A stretch of DNA of 64,000 nt from the NCBI GenBank assembly GCA_036653755.1, contig JAVVTJ010000001.1:8928-72927 (forward strand), written 5' to 3'. Below are positions 29,926 to 39,907 of the stretch, one piece after another; the first letter of the stretch is position 1, and the number at the start of each line of letters is the position of its first letter. The DNA comes from Clostridia bacterium. Its GTDB lineage: Bacteria; Bacillota; Clostridia; TANB77; CAG-465. The notes under the pieces are model-generated. The model was not told where the DNA came from. It ran no database searches and saw nothing but the letters and a program-made list of their open reading frames with translations. A program made the translations under genes and the position numbers.

Positions 29926-31587
29926 CTAACAACCTACAATTTGATTTTTTACAGCTTGTAGTTTTTGCTGTAAAATACCTTCTAATAATGTTATGGCATC
30001 TAAATTACTCTGCACGCTATTATTTATAGCAAGTAAATTTGCCTGACTAATTCCTGGAATAGCAAGCATAGCTTGAATTTTTTCTCCTTCAGCGTTTATA
30101 ATGTGTGATAAAGCAGTTTGCACTAAGGCAACAGATTCTACTAAATCAGTACTAGACTGGCCTAAATTATATAATGGACGATGAAGAGATACTATATTAC
30201 TATTTACAGTATTAGTTATAATATCACCAGAACCACTAGAAATAGCTGTATAAGTTGCACTTGAAGTGTTTAGTACAGGCGATGCACCAGCAGTAGAAAT
30301 TGCATGGAATACAACAGTATGACTAGTTCCACCTGCCATATTTCCCAAAGTAAATCCTGTATTTGGATTTGCAGTAACATTTGCAATAGTATCTATTGTT
30401 ACACTTCCTGAAACAAATACTAATGTTGGATCTAAAACATCTTTAAAAAATACATTATCAGCAGTTATAGTAGTAGGGTTAGTTATCAAAGTAGTTATTG
30501 TTACATCAGTTCCGTTATATATAACAGAAGGTGATGCAGATTTTTTAACAGTAACTAAATCTTGCATAGTAACTCTATACATAGCAACATCATCAATTAA
30601 ATAGTCATTTCCTTGTGCAGCTTGACCTTGGCTTAAAATTCTAATTGTTACATTGTTATTTCCTTGTGCATTAAATTTAAAACCATTTTGGTACCATACA
30701 GGTATAGCAGTAGGATTTATTGAATTTACATTTTGTAATAATAAAATACTTCCATCTGCTGCTAAAACTTCTAAAGCAAGTTTGGGATTTTCATAACCAG
30801 AACTTGCATAAATTAAATTTAAAACCCAAGCAGTAAGAACATAATCAGCAAATGGTACAGTAGTTACATTTTGTGTAAATATAACAGAACCTGGATTTGC
30901 TCCGTTTACTAACATAAATCTTCCTGTTTCTATTCCTGTTGTATGATCAGATACTCCCCACCAAGGACCATCAGTAATACGTGTATTCATTACAGTATAT
31001 TTTCCATCAGATGGAGTAGTTGAATTAGTATAAACAAATCCTGGTGTAACTCCTGGATAAGGTTCTGTAAAATTTGTAGTCATTGTAGCAGTTCCTGGTG
31101 CAAATGATCCCATTTTTCCGTTATCTGCTACTGTTATTAAATTTGAACCTGTTAGAATAACACCTGAAAAATCAAGAGGTTTAATTCCTACTGGTCCATC
31201 AATAAAGTTTTCATTTGTAAAGTCAGAAGCTGCTACTGTAATCTTTATAAGATTAGGTGTAACTGCATCTAAAGCATCGGTTAAAGCAGGTGGCGCAAAA
31301 GTTAAAGCTGAAATTGGTGGCTCAACTTCTGGGGGCTGAGTCATAGCTGCTTGATTTGCAGTAAAATCAACTGGACTTAATGTTCCAGGTGTTCCCCATG
31401 TTTCTATAATATAATAATCACCAGCAGGAACATTAGTAAATAAATATTTTCCAGCTGCATCAGTTATTGCAGTTGCTCCTTTTCCTGTTACGGTATTATA
31501 TAATGCAACAGGTATTCCTGGCATATTAGTGCCTGGTGTTGGTAAATGTGCAGCATTATATGCAACTAAACCAGATACGTTTGGCAT
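29926..31587 (-). CDS. Surface/spore-surface-type protein: Cna-B/SdrD-like fold, CBM-like domain, DUF11-like repeat, conserved C-terminal helical module; no signal peptide
   Basis: 553 aa. IPVALYNTVTGKGATAITDAAGKYLFTNVPAGDYYI (Cna B/SdrD B-type), GNDYLIDDVAMYRV (CBM-like), VKKSASPSVIYNGTDVTITTLITN...VSGSVTID (DUF11-like), Thr/Ser/Asn-rich. AAAGGAG RBS. Confidence 0.6.
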   Translation of the reverse strand: MPNVSGLVAYNAAHLPTPGTNMPGIPVALYNTVTGKGATAITDAAGKYLFTNVPAGDYYIIETWGTPGTLSPVDFTANQAAMTQPPEVEPPISALTFAPPALTDALDAVTPNLIKITVAASDFTNENFIDGPVGIKPLDFSGVILTGSNLITVADNGKMGSFAPGTATMTTNFTEPYPGVTPGFVYTNSTTPSDGKYTVMNTRITDGPWWGVSDHTTGIETGRFMLVNGANPGSVIFTQNVTTVPFADYVLTAWVLNLIYASSGYENPKLALEVLAADGSILLLQNVNSINPTAIPVWYQNGFKFNAQGNNNVTIRILSQGQAAQGNDYLIDDVAMYRVTMQDLVTVKKSASPSVIYNGTDVTITTLITNPTTITADNVFFKDVLDPTLVFVSGSVTIDTIANVTANPNTGFTLGNMAGGTSHTVVFHAISTAGASPVLNTSSATYTAISSGSGDIITNTVNSNIVSLHRPLYNLGQSSTDLVESVALVQTALSHIINAEGEKIQAMLAIPGISQANLLAINNSVQSNLDAITLLEGILQQKLQAVKNQIVGC

Positions 31588-31805
31588 AAAAAATCACTCC
31601 TTTAAAGTTTTTTATTTTGAGAAGCTTGTACCTCTCTATAGTAATATATTCTAGTAATCTATACTTTGTGATAAAAAACTATTTAAAAAATGAAATAAAA
31701 AAACGCTAAATTTATATAAAAATAAGATAAAATTTGAATAATTAAAATATATGTGGTAAAATTAATGTATAATAAATTTAACTGATAGAGAGGTTGATTA
31801 GTATT

Positions 31806-33185
31806 ATGAGAATGTATGATATTATTGAAAAAAAGAGAGATAAAAAAATTCTTACAAAAGAAGAAATTGAATTTTTTATAAGCCAGTATTGTTTAGATAA
31901 AGTTCCAGATTATCAAGTTTCCGCTTTACTTATGGCTATATATTTAAATGGAATGGAAACAAATGAATTATATTATTTAACTACTGCAATGGCAAATTCT
32001 GCTAAAAAATTAGATTTATCTTGTTTAAAAGAAGATGGTAGTATTATTGTAGATAAACATTCTACTGGTGGAGTTGGAGATAAAGTAACACTTTTAGTTC
32101 TACCAATTGTAGCAAGTTTAGGTGTTAAAATAGTTAAAATGTCTGGAAGAGGTTTAGGCTATACAGGTGGTACAGCAGATAAATTAGAATCTATAAAAGG
32201 TTATGATTTATTTAAACCATTAGATGAAGCAGTAAAACAAGTTAAAGATATTGGTGTTTGTTTAATATCACAAAGTAGTGAAATTGCATTAGCAGATAAA
32301 AAGTTATATGCATTAAGAGATGTAACTGCTACTGTATCTTCTATTCCACTTATTGCATCATCAATAATGAGTAAAAAAATTGCATCAGGTGTAGATAAAA
32401 TAGTTTTAGATGTTACTGTTGGAAGCGGTGCTTTTATGCAAGATTTAGAAAGTGCTAGAATTTTAGCTAAAACTATGGTTGACATTGGTAAAAAAGCAGG
32501 TGTAGAAACCAAAGCTGTTATAACATCAATGGAGCAACCACTTGGAAAAAGTGTTGGTAATGTTGTAGAAGTAAAAGAAGCAATATCTTTTCTTTTAGCA
32601 GATGAATCAACATTAGAGCTATATGAAAATAAAGAATTAAAAGAAATAGTATTTGAAGTAGCAGCACAAATGATTAAAATGGCTGGTTTAGGAGATAGTA
32701 TTGAAAAAAATAAAGTAGATATAATGAAAACTATAACTTCAAGAAAAGCTTATGATAAATTTATAGATTTAATAAAATCACAAGGTGGTCATATACATAA
32801 TGTATATATGGATTGGATGAATTTAAGTTTAGATATGCCTATACTTATAGATAATGTTAAATATATGAAAGAAATATATGCAGATAAAGATGGTTATATA
32901 ATTGGTATAGATAGCAAAAAAGTAGGAGAAGCATTAGTTGCACTAGGTGGATCTAGAACTAAAAAAGATGATAAAATAGATTATGCAGTAGGTTTTGAAT
33001 TTGCTAAAAAAATTGGAAGTAAAGTTAAAAAAGGAGATTTAATTCTCAATGTATTATATAATGATAAAAATAAATTTAATGAAGCTTTTGCATATATAAC
33101 AGATGCAATAAAAATAGATAAAATAGAACAATCAATGTCAAATGTATTAAAATCAAAACCAGCAATTTTAGATATAATAAGTTAG
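31806..33185 (+). CDS. pdp: Pyrimidine-nucleoside (thymidine) phosphorylase
   Basis: DKHSTGGVGDK, TGGTADKLE motifs. Start taken at ATG 31806 (MRMYDIIEKKRD). TTG 31794 is an alternative. Confidence 0.85.
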   Translation: MRMYDIIEKKRDKKILTKEEIEFFISQYCLDKVPDYQVSALLMAIYLNGMETNELYYLTTAMANSAKKLDLSCLKEDGSIIVDKHSTGGVGDKVTLLVLPIVASLGVKIVKMSGRGLGYTGGTADKLESIKGYDLFKPLDEAVKQVKDIGVCLISQSSEIALADKKLYALRDVTATVSSIPLIASSIMSKKIASGVDKIVLDVTVGSGAFMQDLESARILAKTMVDIGKKAGVETKAVITSMEQPLGKSVGNVVEVKEAISFLLADESTLELYENKELKEIVFEVAAQMIKMAGLGDSIEKNKVDIMKTITSRKAYDKFIDLIKSQGGHIHNVYMDWMNLSLDMPILIDNVKYMKEIYADKDGYIIGIDSKKVGEALVALGGSRTKKDDKIDYAVGFEFAKKIGSKVKKGDLILNVLYNDKNKFNEAFAYITDAIKIDKIEQSMSNVLKSKPAILDIIS

Positions 33186-33219
33186 AAAATAATATACTTT
33201 TGTTACAAAATAAAAGATT

Positions 33220-33253
33220 AGATAAGCACAAAAAGCTTATCTTTTTTGTGCTT
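33220..33253 (+). terminator. Rho-independent terminator after pdp
   Basis: aagcacaaaaa/tttttgtgctt stem with T-run. Confidence 0.55.
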
Positions 33254-33566
33254 AAAATAAAAAAGATAAAATTACATGAAATAATTATTTTTTTTACACA
33301 GAAACATCTGTTTTATATCATTTTGTTTATAGTTTAATTTACTATTTTTTTAATAAAGTGCCTTGCATGTGATTTTTGTATTTAACAATTTTTAAATAAT
33401 AACCTGAAAACTATTGATAAATAAGAAAAAAGTTAAATTTTTCATTTGACTTTTTTTATAATTTTTGATATACTGTATTATGTAAAATTAAAGTAAATTT
33501 ATTAAAATATAAAAAGTTGTAATGATTTAATATTTGTGAGTTAATTTAAAATGGAGGATAGTTATA

Positions 33567-34447
33567 TGGAATTTAAAGAAGAGTTAAATATATATACATT
33601 AGAAATAGAAAAGTATTTAAAAAATAGTATTAAGATAGTAGATGTTCCAGAGAGGTATTTGTTAGAATCTATGCAGTATAGTTTGTTAGCTGGAGGAAAA
33701 CGTCTAAGACCTGCTATTATGCTAGCTACATATAATATATTTAAACCGGATTATATATCAGCTATGCCATATGCAATTGCTATGGAAATGGTACATAATT
33801 TTTCATTAATTCATGATGATTTACCTGCGATTGATAATGATGATTTAAGACATGGAAAATTAACAAATCATAAAGCTTTTGGAGAAAGTACAGCAATACT
33901 TGCAGGAGATGGACTTTTAAATAGTGCATATATTTGTATTTCTAATGAGTTATTAATTAAAGAAAATTTAGATAATAAATTAAAAGCCTTTAATGAATTT
34001 TCTAATGCAGTACATAAAATGATATTAGGCGAATTTGTAGATATTGACTCAGAAGGTAAAAAAATATCATGTGAATTATTAGAATATATGCATCAAAATA
34101 AAACTGGAGCACTTCTTAAAGCATCTGTTAAAATAGGTGCAATTTTAGCTGGTGCAAGTGAAATTGATATACAAAATTTAGAAAAATATGCAGATAAAAT
34201 AGGTTTAGCTTTTCAAATAAAAGATGATATTTTATCAGAAATAGGCGATGAAAAAGTTTTAGGAAAACCAGTTGGAAATGATAAAAAAATGGAAAAGTGT
34301 TCTTTTGCTACAATATATGGAATAAAAAAATCAAATTTAGAGTTAGAAAAAAATATTAATGAAGCAATAGAAATTACTAAAACTTTTAAAAATAATTCTA
34401 AATTTTTTGAAGATTTTGCTATATATATACAAAATAGAAATAAATAA
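33567..34447 (+). CDS. ispA: Polyprenyl (farnesyl/geranylgeranyl) diphosphate synthase
   Basis: First and second Asp-rich motifs LIHDDLPAIDNDDLRHG and FQIKDDILS. ATG 33567 after GGAGGA. Confidence 0.85.
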
Positions 34448-34496
34448 AGTATATATTTAGTTATATTTTTTAAAACAAATATATATAGTTTAAAGT

Positions 34497-34525
34497 AACA
34501 ACTATATTTTATGTAACATAGTATA
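34497..34525 (+). promoter_or_regulatory. Possible sigma-K-like (late mother-cell) promoter for the Cys-rich ORF
   Basis: AC (34498-34499), 17-bp spacer, CATAgtaTA (34517-34525) resembling the CATA---TA -10 consensus, 30 nt before the ATG. Weak inference only. Confidence 0.25.
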
Positions 34526-34555
34526 TAGTAGCGTAATAGCTAGGAGGTAAAAATT

Positions 34556-34744
34556 ATGTTATGTAATAATAATCAAAATTCTTGTTGCAAATGTTGTAAT
34601 TGTTGCAATTGTTGCAAAAAAGAAGAACCAAAAATGGAATGCAAATGTTGTTGTTGTAAATGCTGCTGCTGTAAAAAAGAAGAACCAAAACCAATTTGTG
34701 ATTGCTGCAAATGTCAAGAACACATGGGCAAAGAAAGCTGCTAG
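34556..34744 (+). CDS. Small hyper-cysteine-rich protein (62 aa, 27 Cys)
   Basis: AGGAGG RBS 9 nt before ATG. MLCNNNQNSCCKCCNCCNCCKKEEPKMECKCCCCKCCCCKKEEPKPICDCCKCQEHMGKESC with internal CC-K-CC / KKEEPK repeats. Terminator-like hairpin downstream (~34805-34835). Confidence 0.6.
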   Translation: MLCNNNQNSCCKCCNCCNCCKKEEPKMECKCCCCKCCCCKKEEPKPICDCCKCQEHMGKESC

Positions 34745-34958
34745 TAAATATATAGGGAAGCTAACAGCTTTCCATACATATAAAGAAAACAATTTTTTCT
34801 CCGAAAGAGTGCTAAATATTAGTACTCTTTTTGTTATACTTTTTTGGCATAAAAATTGTGTAAAAATGTCGTAAAATATCAGTTTTTGTACTACTGTTAT
34901 TGATTTATTAAGGCTTTTGTAATATAATAAAGATATAAATTAAGTAAAGAGGTATATT

Positions 34959-37900
34959 ATGCAATTAAAGAAAATTCAAATACAAGGATTTAAATCATTT
35001 GCTGGTAAAACAGAAATTGATTTTTTAGAAGGTATAACTACAATAGTAGGTCCTAATGGTAGTGGTAAAAGTAATATAGCAGATAGTGTAAGATGGGTTT
35101 TAGGTGAGCAAAGTGCTAAAATTCTTCGTAGTAGTAAAATGGAAGATGTTATATTTGCCGGTACTGAAAATAGAAAAAAAGTAGGTTTTGCAGAAGTTAG
35201 TATATATTTAGATAACTTAGACTGCTCACTTCCTATTGAATATAGCGAAGTTGTAGTAACTAGAAGAGTATTTAGAAGTGGAGAGAGTGGTTATTTAATA
35301 AATGGGACAGAATGTAGACTTAAAGATGTTCAAGAACTGTTTTTAGATACAGGAATAGGAAAAGATGGTTATAGTATTATAGGACAAGGTAAAATTGATG
35401 AAATTTTATCTAATAAATCAGAAGAGCGAAGAGCTATATTTGAAGAAGCTTCTGGTATAATGAAATATAAAACAAGAAAAGATGAAGCTAATAAAAAATT
35501 ACAAAATTCAGAGATTAATTTAGCAAGAGTTACAGATATTTTAGCAGAGATAGAAACTACAATAAAACCACTTGAAGAAAAAAGTATTAAAGCTAAACAT
35601 TTTTTAAATTTAAGAGATAAATTAAAAGAATTGGATGTTAATATATTTTTAACAAGTTTAAAAGAAAACGCTCAAATGCTTGCTACATTAGATAGTAGAA
35701 TTGAGATATTTCAAAATGATATAAATTTAGAAGAAAAAGATGCACTAGCAATAGAGGCAGCAAAACTTAATTTAAAAAATAGACAAGAAGAAATAACATT
35801 AAAAATAGAAGAAGCACAAACTAAATTTTTTGAATTTGAAAATAACATAGAAAAAGTAAATTCAAAAGTGTTATTGAATAAAAGTAATATTGAAAATGAT
35901 ACAGAACATATAACAAGGCTTGAAAATGAAATATCAGGAGATATGCAAAAAATATCTGCTTTATCTGATGAAATAAAAGTAAAAATAGAAAAGAAAGAAT
36001 CACTTAATTTAAATAAATTAAAATTTGAAAATGAGTTAAAAGAAAAAGAAATTTGTCTTAGTGATATATTAAAAACATTAGATGAAAAGGGTTCATATAT
36101 TGAAAATTTAAAATTAGAGATTGAAAAATACGGGGATAGTATTGATGAATGTAATTTAGCTATAACCTCAAATGAAGCTACAATTCAGTCAAATAATAAA
36201 CAGCTTCTAAGTATAACTAAAAATAGTAGTAATTATATATTTGAAAAAGATAAATTAATGATGGAAAAAGAAGACGTTACAAATATACTTAATTTAAATA
36301 ATTCAAATTTGAAAAAAATTGATAATGATGTTGAAAGTAATAGTAATGTACTTACAGATATTTTAAATTCATCAAATAGTGTAAAAAAAGAAATAGATAA
36401 ATTAAATGAAGAAATTATGACTATGAAATCTAAACATAGTTATTTAACTAATTTAAAAAATGAAAATGAAGGATATTATAAAAGTGTTAAATCAGTTTTA
36501 GATTATGTACAAAGCAGTAATATAAGTAATGTATATTCAACTGTAATAGATAGTATTAATACTGATGAAAAATATGAAAAAGCTATTGAAGTTGCTCTTG
36601 GTAGTTTTGCACAAAATATAATTGTAGAAACTCCAAATGATGCTAAATCTTTAATAGAATATTTGAAAAATAATTCATATGGAAGAGCTACATTTATGCC
36701 ACTTTCAAATATGAGAAAAATTCAAAATGAAAGTGATAAGTTATATAGAAATTTTAAAGGATATATAGCAAAGGCAATAGAGCTAGTTAGATTTGATAAA
36801 AAGTTTGAAGATGTAATTGCTACTGCTTTAAATCAAAGTATAGTAGTAGATACATTAGATAATGCAAATGAAATTTATTCCAAAGTTAAAGGAAATGTTA
36901 GAATAATAACATTAGAAGGTGAAGTTATATCTTCATCAGGAAGTATAACTGGTGGACAAACTAGTAGTAAAACAACAGGACTTTTAGGTAGAGTTGAAAA
37001 AATTAAATATTTAGTAAAAGATATAGCTAAAAAAGAAAATGAAAAAGAAAAATTAAATATAGGATATAATGAAATATTTGTTAAACAAAATGAAATAGAA
37101 GATAAATTAAATACATTGAAAAATTCAAGGGATAACGCAAATATTGAAGTTGCAAAATATGCAGAAAAATTTGAGAATATTAAAAAAGAAATTTTAAAGT
37201 TAGAAGAAACTGCATTTAAATCAGATGATATTAAAAATAGTTTAAATTTAGAAAATACAAAACTTACAGAAGAGATTAATTTATCTAGAAAAGAAATAAA
37301 TAAAATTAATGAAGAAATAAATTCTAGAAACATAGAAGTAGAAGAATATTTTAGATTTAATCAAGCAAAACAGCAAAATATCAATTTACTAAATGAAGAT
37401 ATTGTAAATCTTAAAATTTCATTATCATCATTTGATGAAAGTAATTTATCTATAGATGAAATGAAAGAAAAGTTAGAACTTGATATATCAAATTTTGAAG
37501 AAGCTATTGATAGAAGAAACAAACAAAAAGAAGAGTATTTAATTGAAATAGAAAAATTTACAGAAGAGATTAATTTATCTGGAAAAGAAATAGCAGAAAT
37601 TACCACATTTAAACAAGAGTACTTAAATATATCTGAAAAACTTAAAAATGATAAAAAAGATTGCTCATCTAAATTAGATATATTAGAATTAAAAATGCTT
37701 GAAAGTGTTAATAAAATAGGTAAAATAAAAGAAGAAAAAACTAAAATAGAAAGTAGAAAAATTAAGTTTGATATAGAAATAGAAAGCTTAAAAAATAATA
37801 TGTGGGATAATTATGAACTAACTATTTCATCTGCAAAAGAGTATGCAAAAACTCTTCCTGTGATTGAGGATACTTCTAAAATTGTTAAAGAGGCAGATAA

Positions 37901-38516
37901 GATAAGAAATGAAATTAAATTATTAGGAGATGTAGATATTACATCAGTAGAAGAATATAATAATGTAAAATCTCGTTATGAATTTATTTTATCTCAGAAA
38001 AAAGATTTAGATGAAACTAAACAAAAATTAGAAAATTTAATATCAAATATGACAACTTTAATAAAAGGACAGTTTTCTAAACAATTTAATATAATAAATG
38101 AAAACTTTTCAGAAACATTTAAAGAATTATTTGGTGGTGGAAAAGCTTCACTTTCACTTACAGATGAAAATAATATATTAGAATCTGGAATAGAAATTCA
38201 GGTGCAACCTCCTGGTAAAAAGCTTCAAAGTATGATGCTACTCTCAGGCGGAGAAAGAGCACTTACTGCTACTGCGTTATTGTTTGCAATACTTAAAATA
38301 AAAGCGCCACCATTTTGTATATTAGATGAAATAGAAGCAGCATTAGATGATATAAATGTACAAAGATTTGCAGAATATATTAAAAAGTATTCTAATGATA
38401 CACAATTTATTGTAATAACTCATAGGAAAGGTACTATGGAAGTTGCTAAAACTGTTTATGGTGTAACAATGGAAGAATATGGTATATCAAAAGTTATATC
38501 AATGAAAATGAAATAG
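34959..38516 (+). CDS. smc: Chromosome segregation protein SMC
   Basis: 1185 aa. N-terminal Walker A GPNGSGKSN, long coiled coils, hinge, C-terminal LSGGE signature and Walker B ILDEIEAALD. Confidence 0.95.
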   Translation: MQLKKIQIQGFKSFAGKTEIDFLEGITTIVGPNGSGKSNIADSVRWVLGEQSAKILRSSKMEDVIFAGTENRKKVGFAEVSIYLDNLDCSLPIEYSEVVVTRRVFRSGESGYLINGTECRLKDVQELFLDTGIGKDGYSIIGQGKIDEILSNKSEERRAIFEEASGIMKYKTRKDEANKKLQNSEINLARVTDILAEIETTIKPLEEKSIKAKHFLNLRDKLKELDVNIFLTSLKENAQMLATLDSRIEIFQNDINLEEKDALAIEAAKLNLKNRQEEITLKIEEAQTKFFEFENNIEKVNSKVLLNKSNIENDTEHITRLENEISGDMQKISALSDEIKVKIEKKESLNLNKLKFENELKEKEICLSDILKTLDEKGSYIENLKLEIEKYGDSIDECNLAITSNEATIQSNNKQLLSITKNSSNYIFEKDKLMMEKEDVTNILNLNNSNLKKIDNDVESNSNVLTDILNSSNSVKKEIDKLNEEIMTMKSKHSYLTNLKNENEGYYKSVKSVLDYVQSSNISNVYSTVIDSINTDEKYEKAIEVALGSFAQNIIVETPNDAKSLIEYLKNNSYGRATFMPLSNMRKIQNESDKLYRNFKGYIAKAIELVRFDKKFEDVIATALNQSIVVDTLDNANEIYSKVKGNVRIITLEGEVISSSGSITGGQTSSKTTGLLGRVEKIKYLVKDIAKKENEKEKLNIGYNEIFVKQNEIEDKLNTLKNSRDNANIEVAKYAEKFENIKKEILKLEETAFKSDDIKNSLNLENTKLTEEINLSRKEINKINEEINSRNIEVEEYFRFNQAKQQNINLLNEDIVNLKISLSSFDESNLSIDEMKEKLELDISNFEEAIDRRNKQKEEYLIEIEKFTEEINLSGKEIAEITTFKQEYLNISEKLKNDKKDCSSKLDILELKMLESVNKIGKIKEEKTKIESRKIKFDIEIESLKNNMWDNYELTISSAKEYAKTLPVIEDTSKIVKEADKIRNEIKLLGDVDITSVEEYNNVKSRYEFILSQKKDLDETKQKLENLISNMTTLIKGQFSKQFNIINENFSETFKELFGGGKASLSLTDENNILESGIEIQVQPPGKKLQSMMLLSGGERALTATALLFAILKIKAPPFCILDEIEAALDDINVQRFAEYIKKYSNDTQFIVITHRKGTMEVAKTVYGVTMEEYGISKVISMKMK

Positions 38517-38527
38517 AGGAGAAAAAC

Positions 38528-39307
38528 ATGAAAGAATTTTTTACAGAAACAGGTGGCATAGGTTTTAATATATTTGGTATTTTACATATATCAATTACAA
38601 TTGTTACAATTATTGGAGCTATTATGTTATTTGTATTTAGAGATAAATTAAAGAGATTTAAAAACAAAAAAAATATTAGATATATTATGGCTGCAGTACT
38701 TTTTATAAATATGGCAGTATATTATATATCACTTATACTCAGAAATGACTATACTTGGAAAACAGATTTACCACTACATTTTTGTTTTATAACGGGATAT
38801 TTATTTATGTTTATACTTATAACAGGAAATAAAAAATTATATAAAATAATATACTTTTTTACTTTTGTAGGACCGATACCTGCAATATTACTTCCTGATT
38901 TAACACAGACATATGATAGATTTATATTTTGGCAGTTTATAATAAGCCATCATGTAATGTTACTTACAAGTATGTATGTATTAGTAGTATTAGAATATAA
39001 AGTTGAAAAAAGTGATATATTTAAAGCATTTATTGCTGGTAATATATTGGCTGCTACTATGGCAATATTTAATTCAATATGTGGAACAAATTATATAATG
39101 ATGGGAGAGCTTCCAGAACATATATATAGAATATTTCCATTTACAGCATATTTACCACCAATAATATGGCTTGAACTTGCTGGACTTATAGCAGTAAGCA
39201 TTGCATATATTCCAGTATATATTTTAAATAGAATTAGTGGCAAATTTGATGAATTAGAAGCTACTGATGTCACATTGTTAGATGATGAAATAAATTGTGC
39301 GCATTAG
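38528..39307 (+). CDS. Multi-pass integral membrane protein (YwaF-like), function unknown
   Basis: 259 aa with about 7 predicted TM segments. Stop TAG lies inside a repeat box. Confidence 0.5.
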   Translation: MKEFFTETGGIGFNIFGILHISITIVTIIGAIMLFVFRDKLKRFKNKKNIRYIMAAVLFINMAVYYISLILRNDYTWKTDLPLHFCFITGYLFMFILITGNKKLYKIIYFFTFVGPIPAILLPDLTQTYDRFIFWQFIISHHVMLLTSMYVLVVLEYKVEKSDIFKAFIAGNILAATMAIFNSICGTNYIMMGELPEHIYRIFPFTAYLPPIIWLELAGLIAVSIAYIPVYILNRISGKFDELEATDVTLLDDEINCAH

Positions 39308-39840
39308 GGTTAGCTTTGTAAAATCTGTATGGGTTAAATGCCCATACAGATTTTTTGCTACGCAAAGGCGTGATAAACGTAATACTTAAAATATAAATTT
39401 TAAGAGAAGTAATATAACTTTTTTTAAAATTTGATTAAAATTTTAAAATTGGGCATAATAAACGTAAGTATAAAATATAAATTTTAAGTAAAATAATATA
39501 GCTTCTTTTAATGCTTTTTAAAAGAAACGGGTAAATTATTTAAAATTGAAAATTTGATGTATAAACTACATCCGGATCAAAATACAAGTATTTATATACT
39601 TGAAACCCTGTGGGTTAGCTTTGTGGCAAATTGATTCATGCGTACGGCGTAAGGTGCTATTTTAGCATGCTAATTCCAGTACCCCTGGACATTGATATTA
39701 TACTACTTATATTGTTAATATTCAATATGTAGCTTAAAAAACTCATCGACAAATATCGCTAGAAATGCTTATAGTTTACGTATGAAAATTTATAGCGGCA
39801 TTTAGCCACTATAAATTTTACAAAGCTAACCCGAAAATAT
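39301..39840 (-). mobile_element. tnpB-less derivative (MITE-like) of the IS200/IS605-type element, bounded by inverted GTTAGC-variant boxes
   Basis: Inverted boxes at 39303-39324 and 39816-39838. The reverse complement of 39590-39700 aligns with the IS left-end-like segment 17575-17680 (gtccaggggtactggaattagcatgctaaaatagcac... / gtccgggggcaccggagtttgcatgctaaattagcac..., both then ...cacaaagcta[ga]cccac). Internal 48-bp direct repeats at 39371-39418 and 39453-39501. Hairpin plus T-run at 39324-39357. Confidence 0.55.
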
Positions 39841-39868
39841 TGACAAACACTTGTTTAAATGGTATAAT
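39840..39868 (+). promoter_or_regulatory. Sigma-A-type promoter for uvrA
   Basis: TTGACA (39840-39845), 17-bp spacer, TATAAT (39863-39868). Confidence 0.55.
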
Positions 39869-39907
39869 TATTCGTATTAAAAACATGCTATATTTATGGA
39901 GGATAAT

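Noticed and set aside
34559-34792. Phe-rich 77-aa reverse ORF opposite the Cys-rich gene
   Set aside because: It is the complement of tgc/tgt/aaa-rich coding DNA (F from AAA, W/T/A from Cys codons). The forward gene has a strong RBS and a terminator.
39869-39907. LexA/DinR (Cheo) box upstream of uvrA
   Set aside because: No convincing GAAC-N4-GTTC palindrome between the predicted -10 and the start codon.
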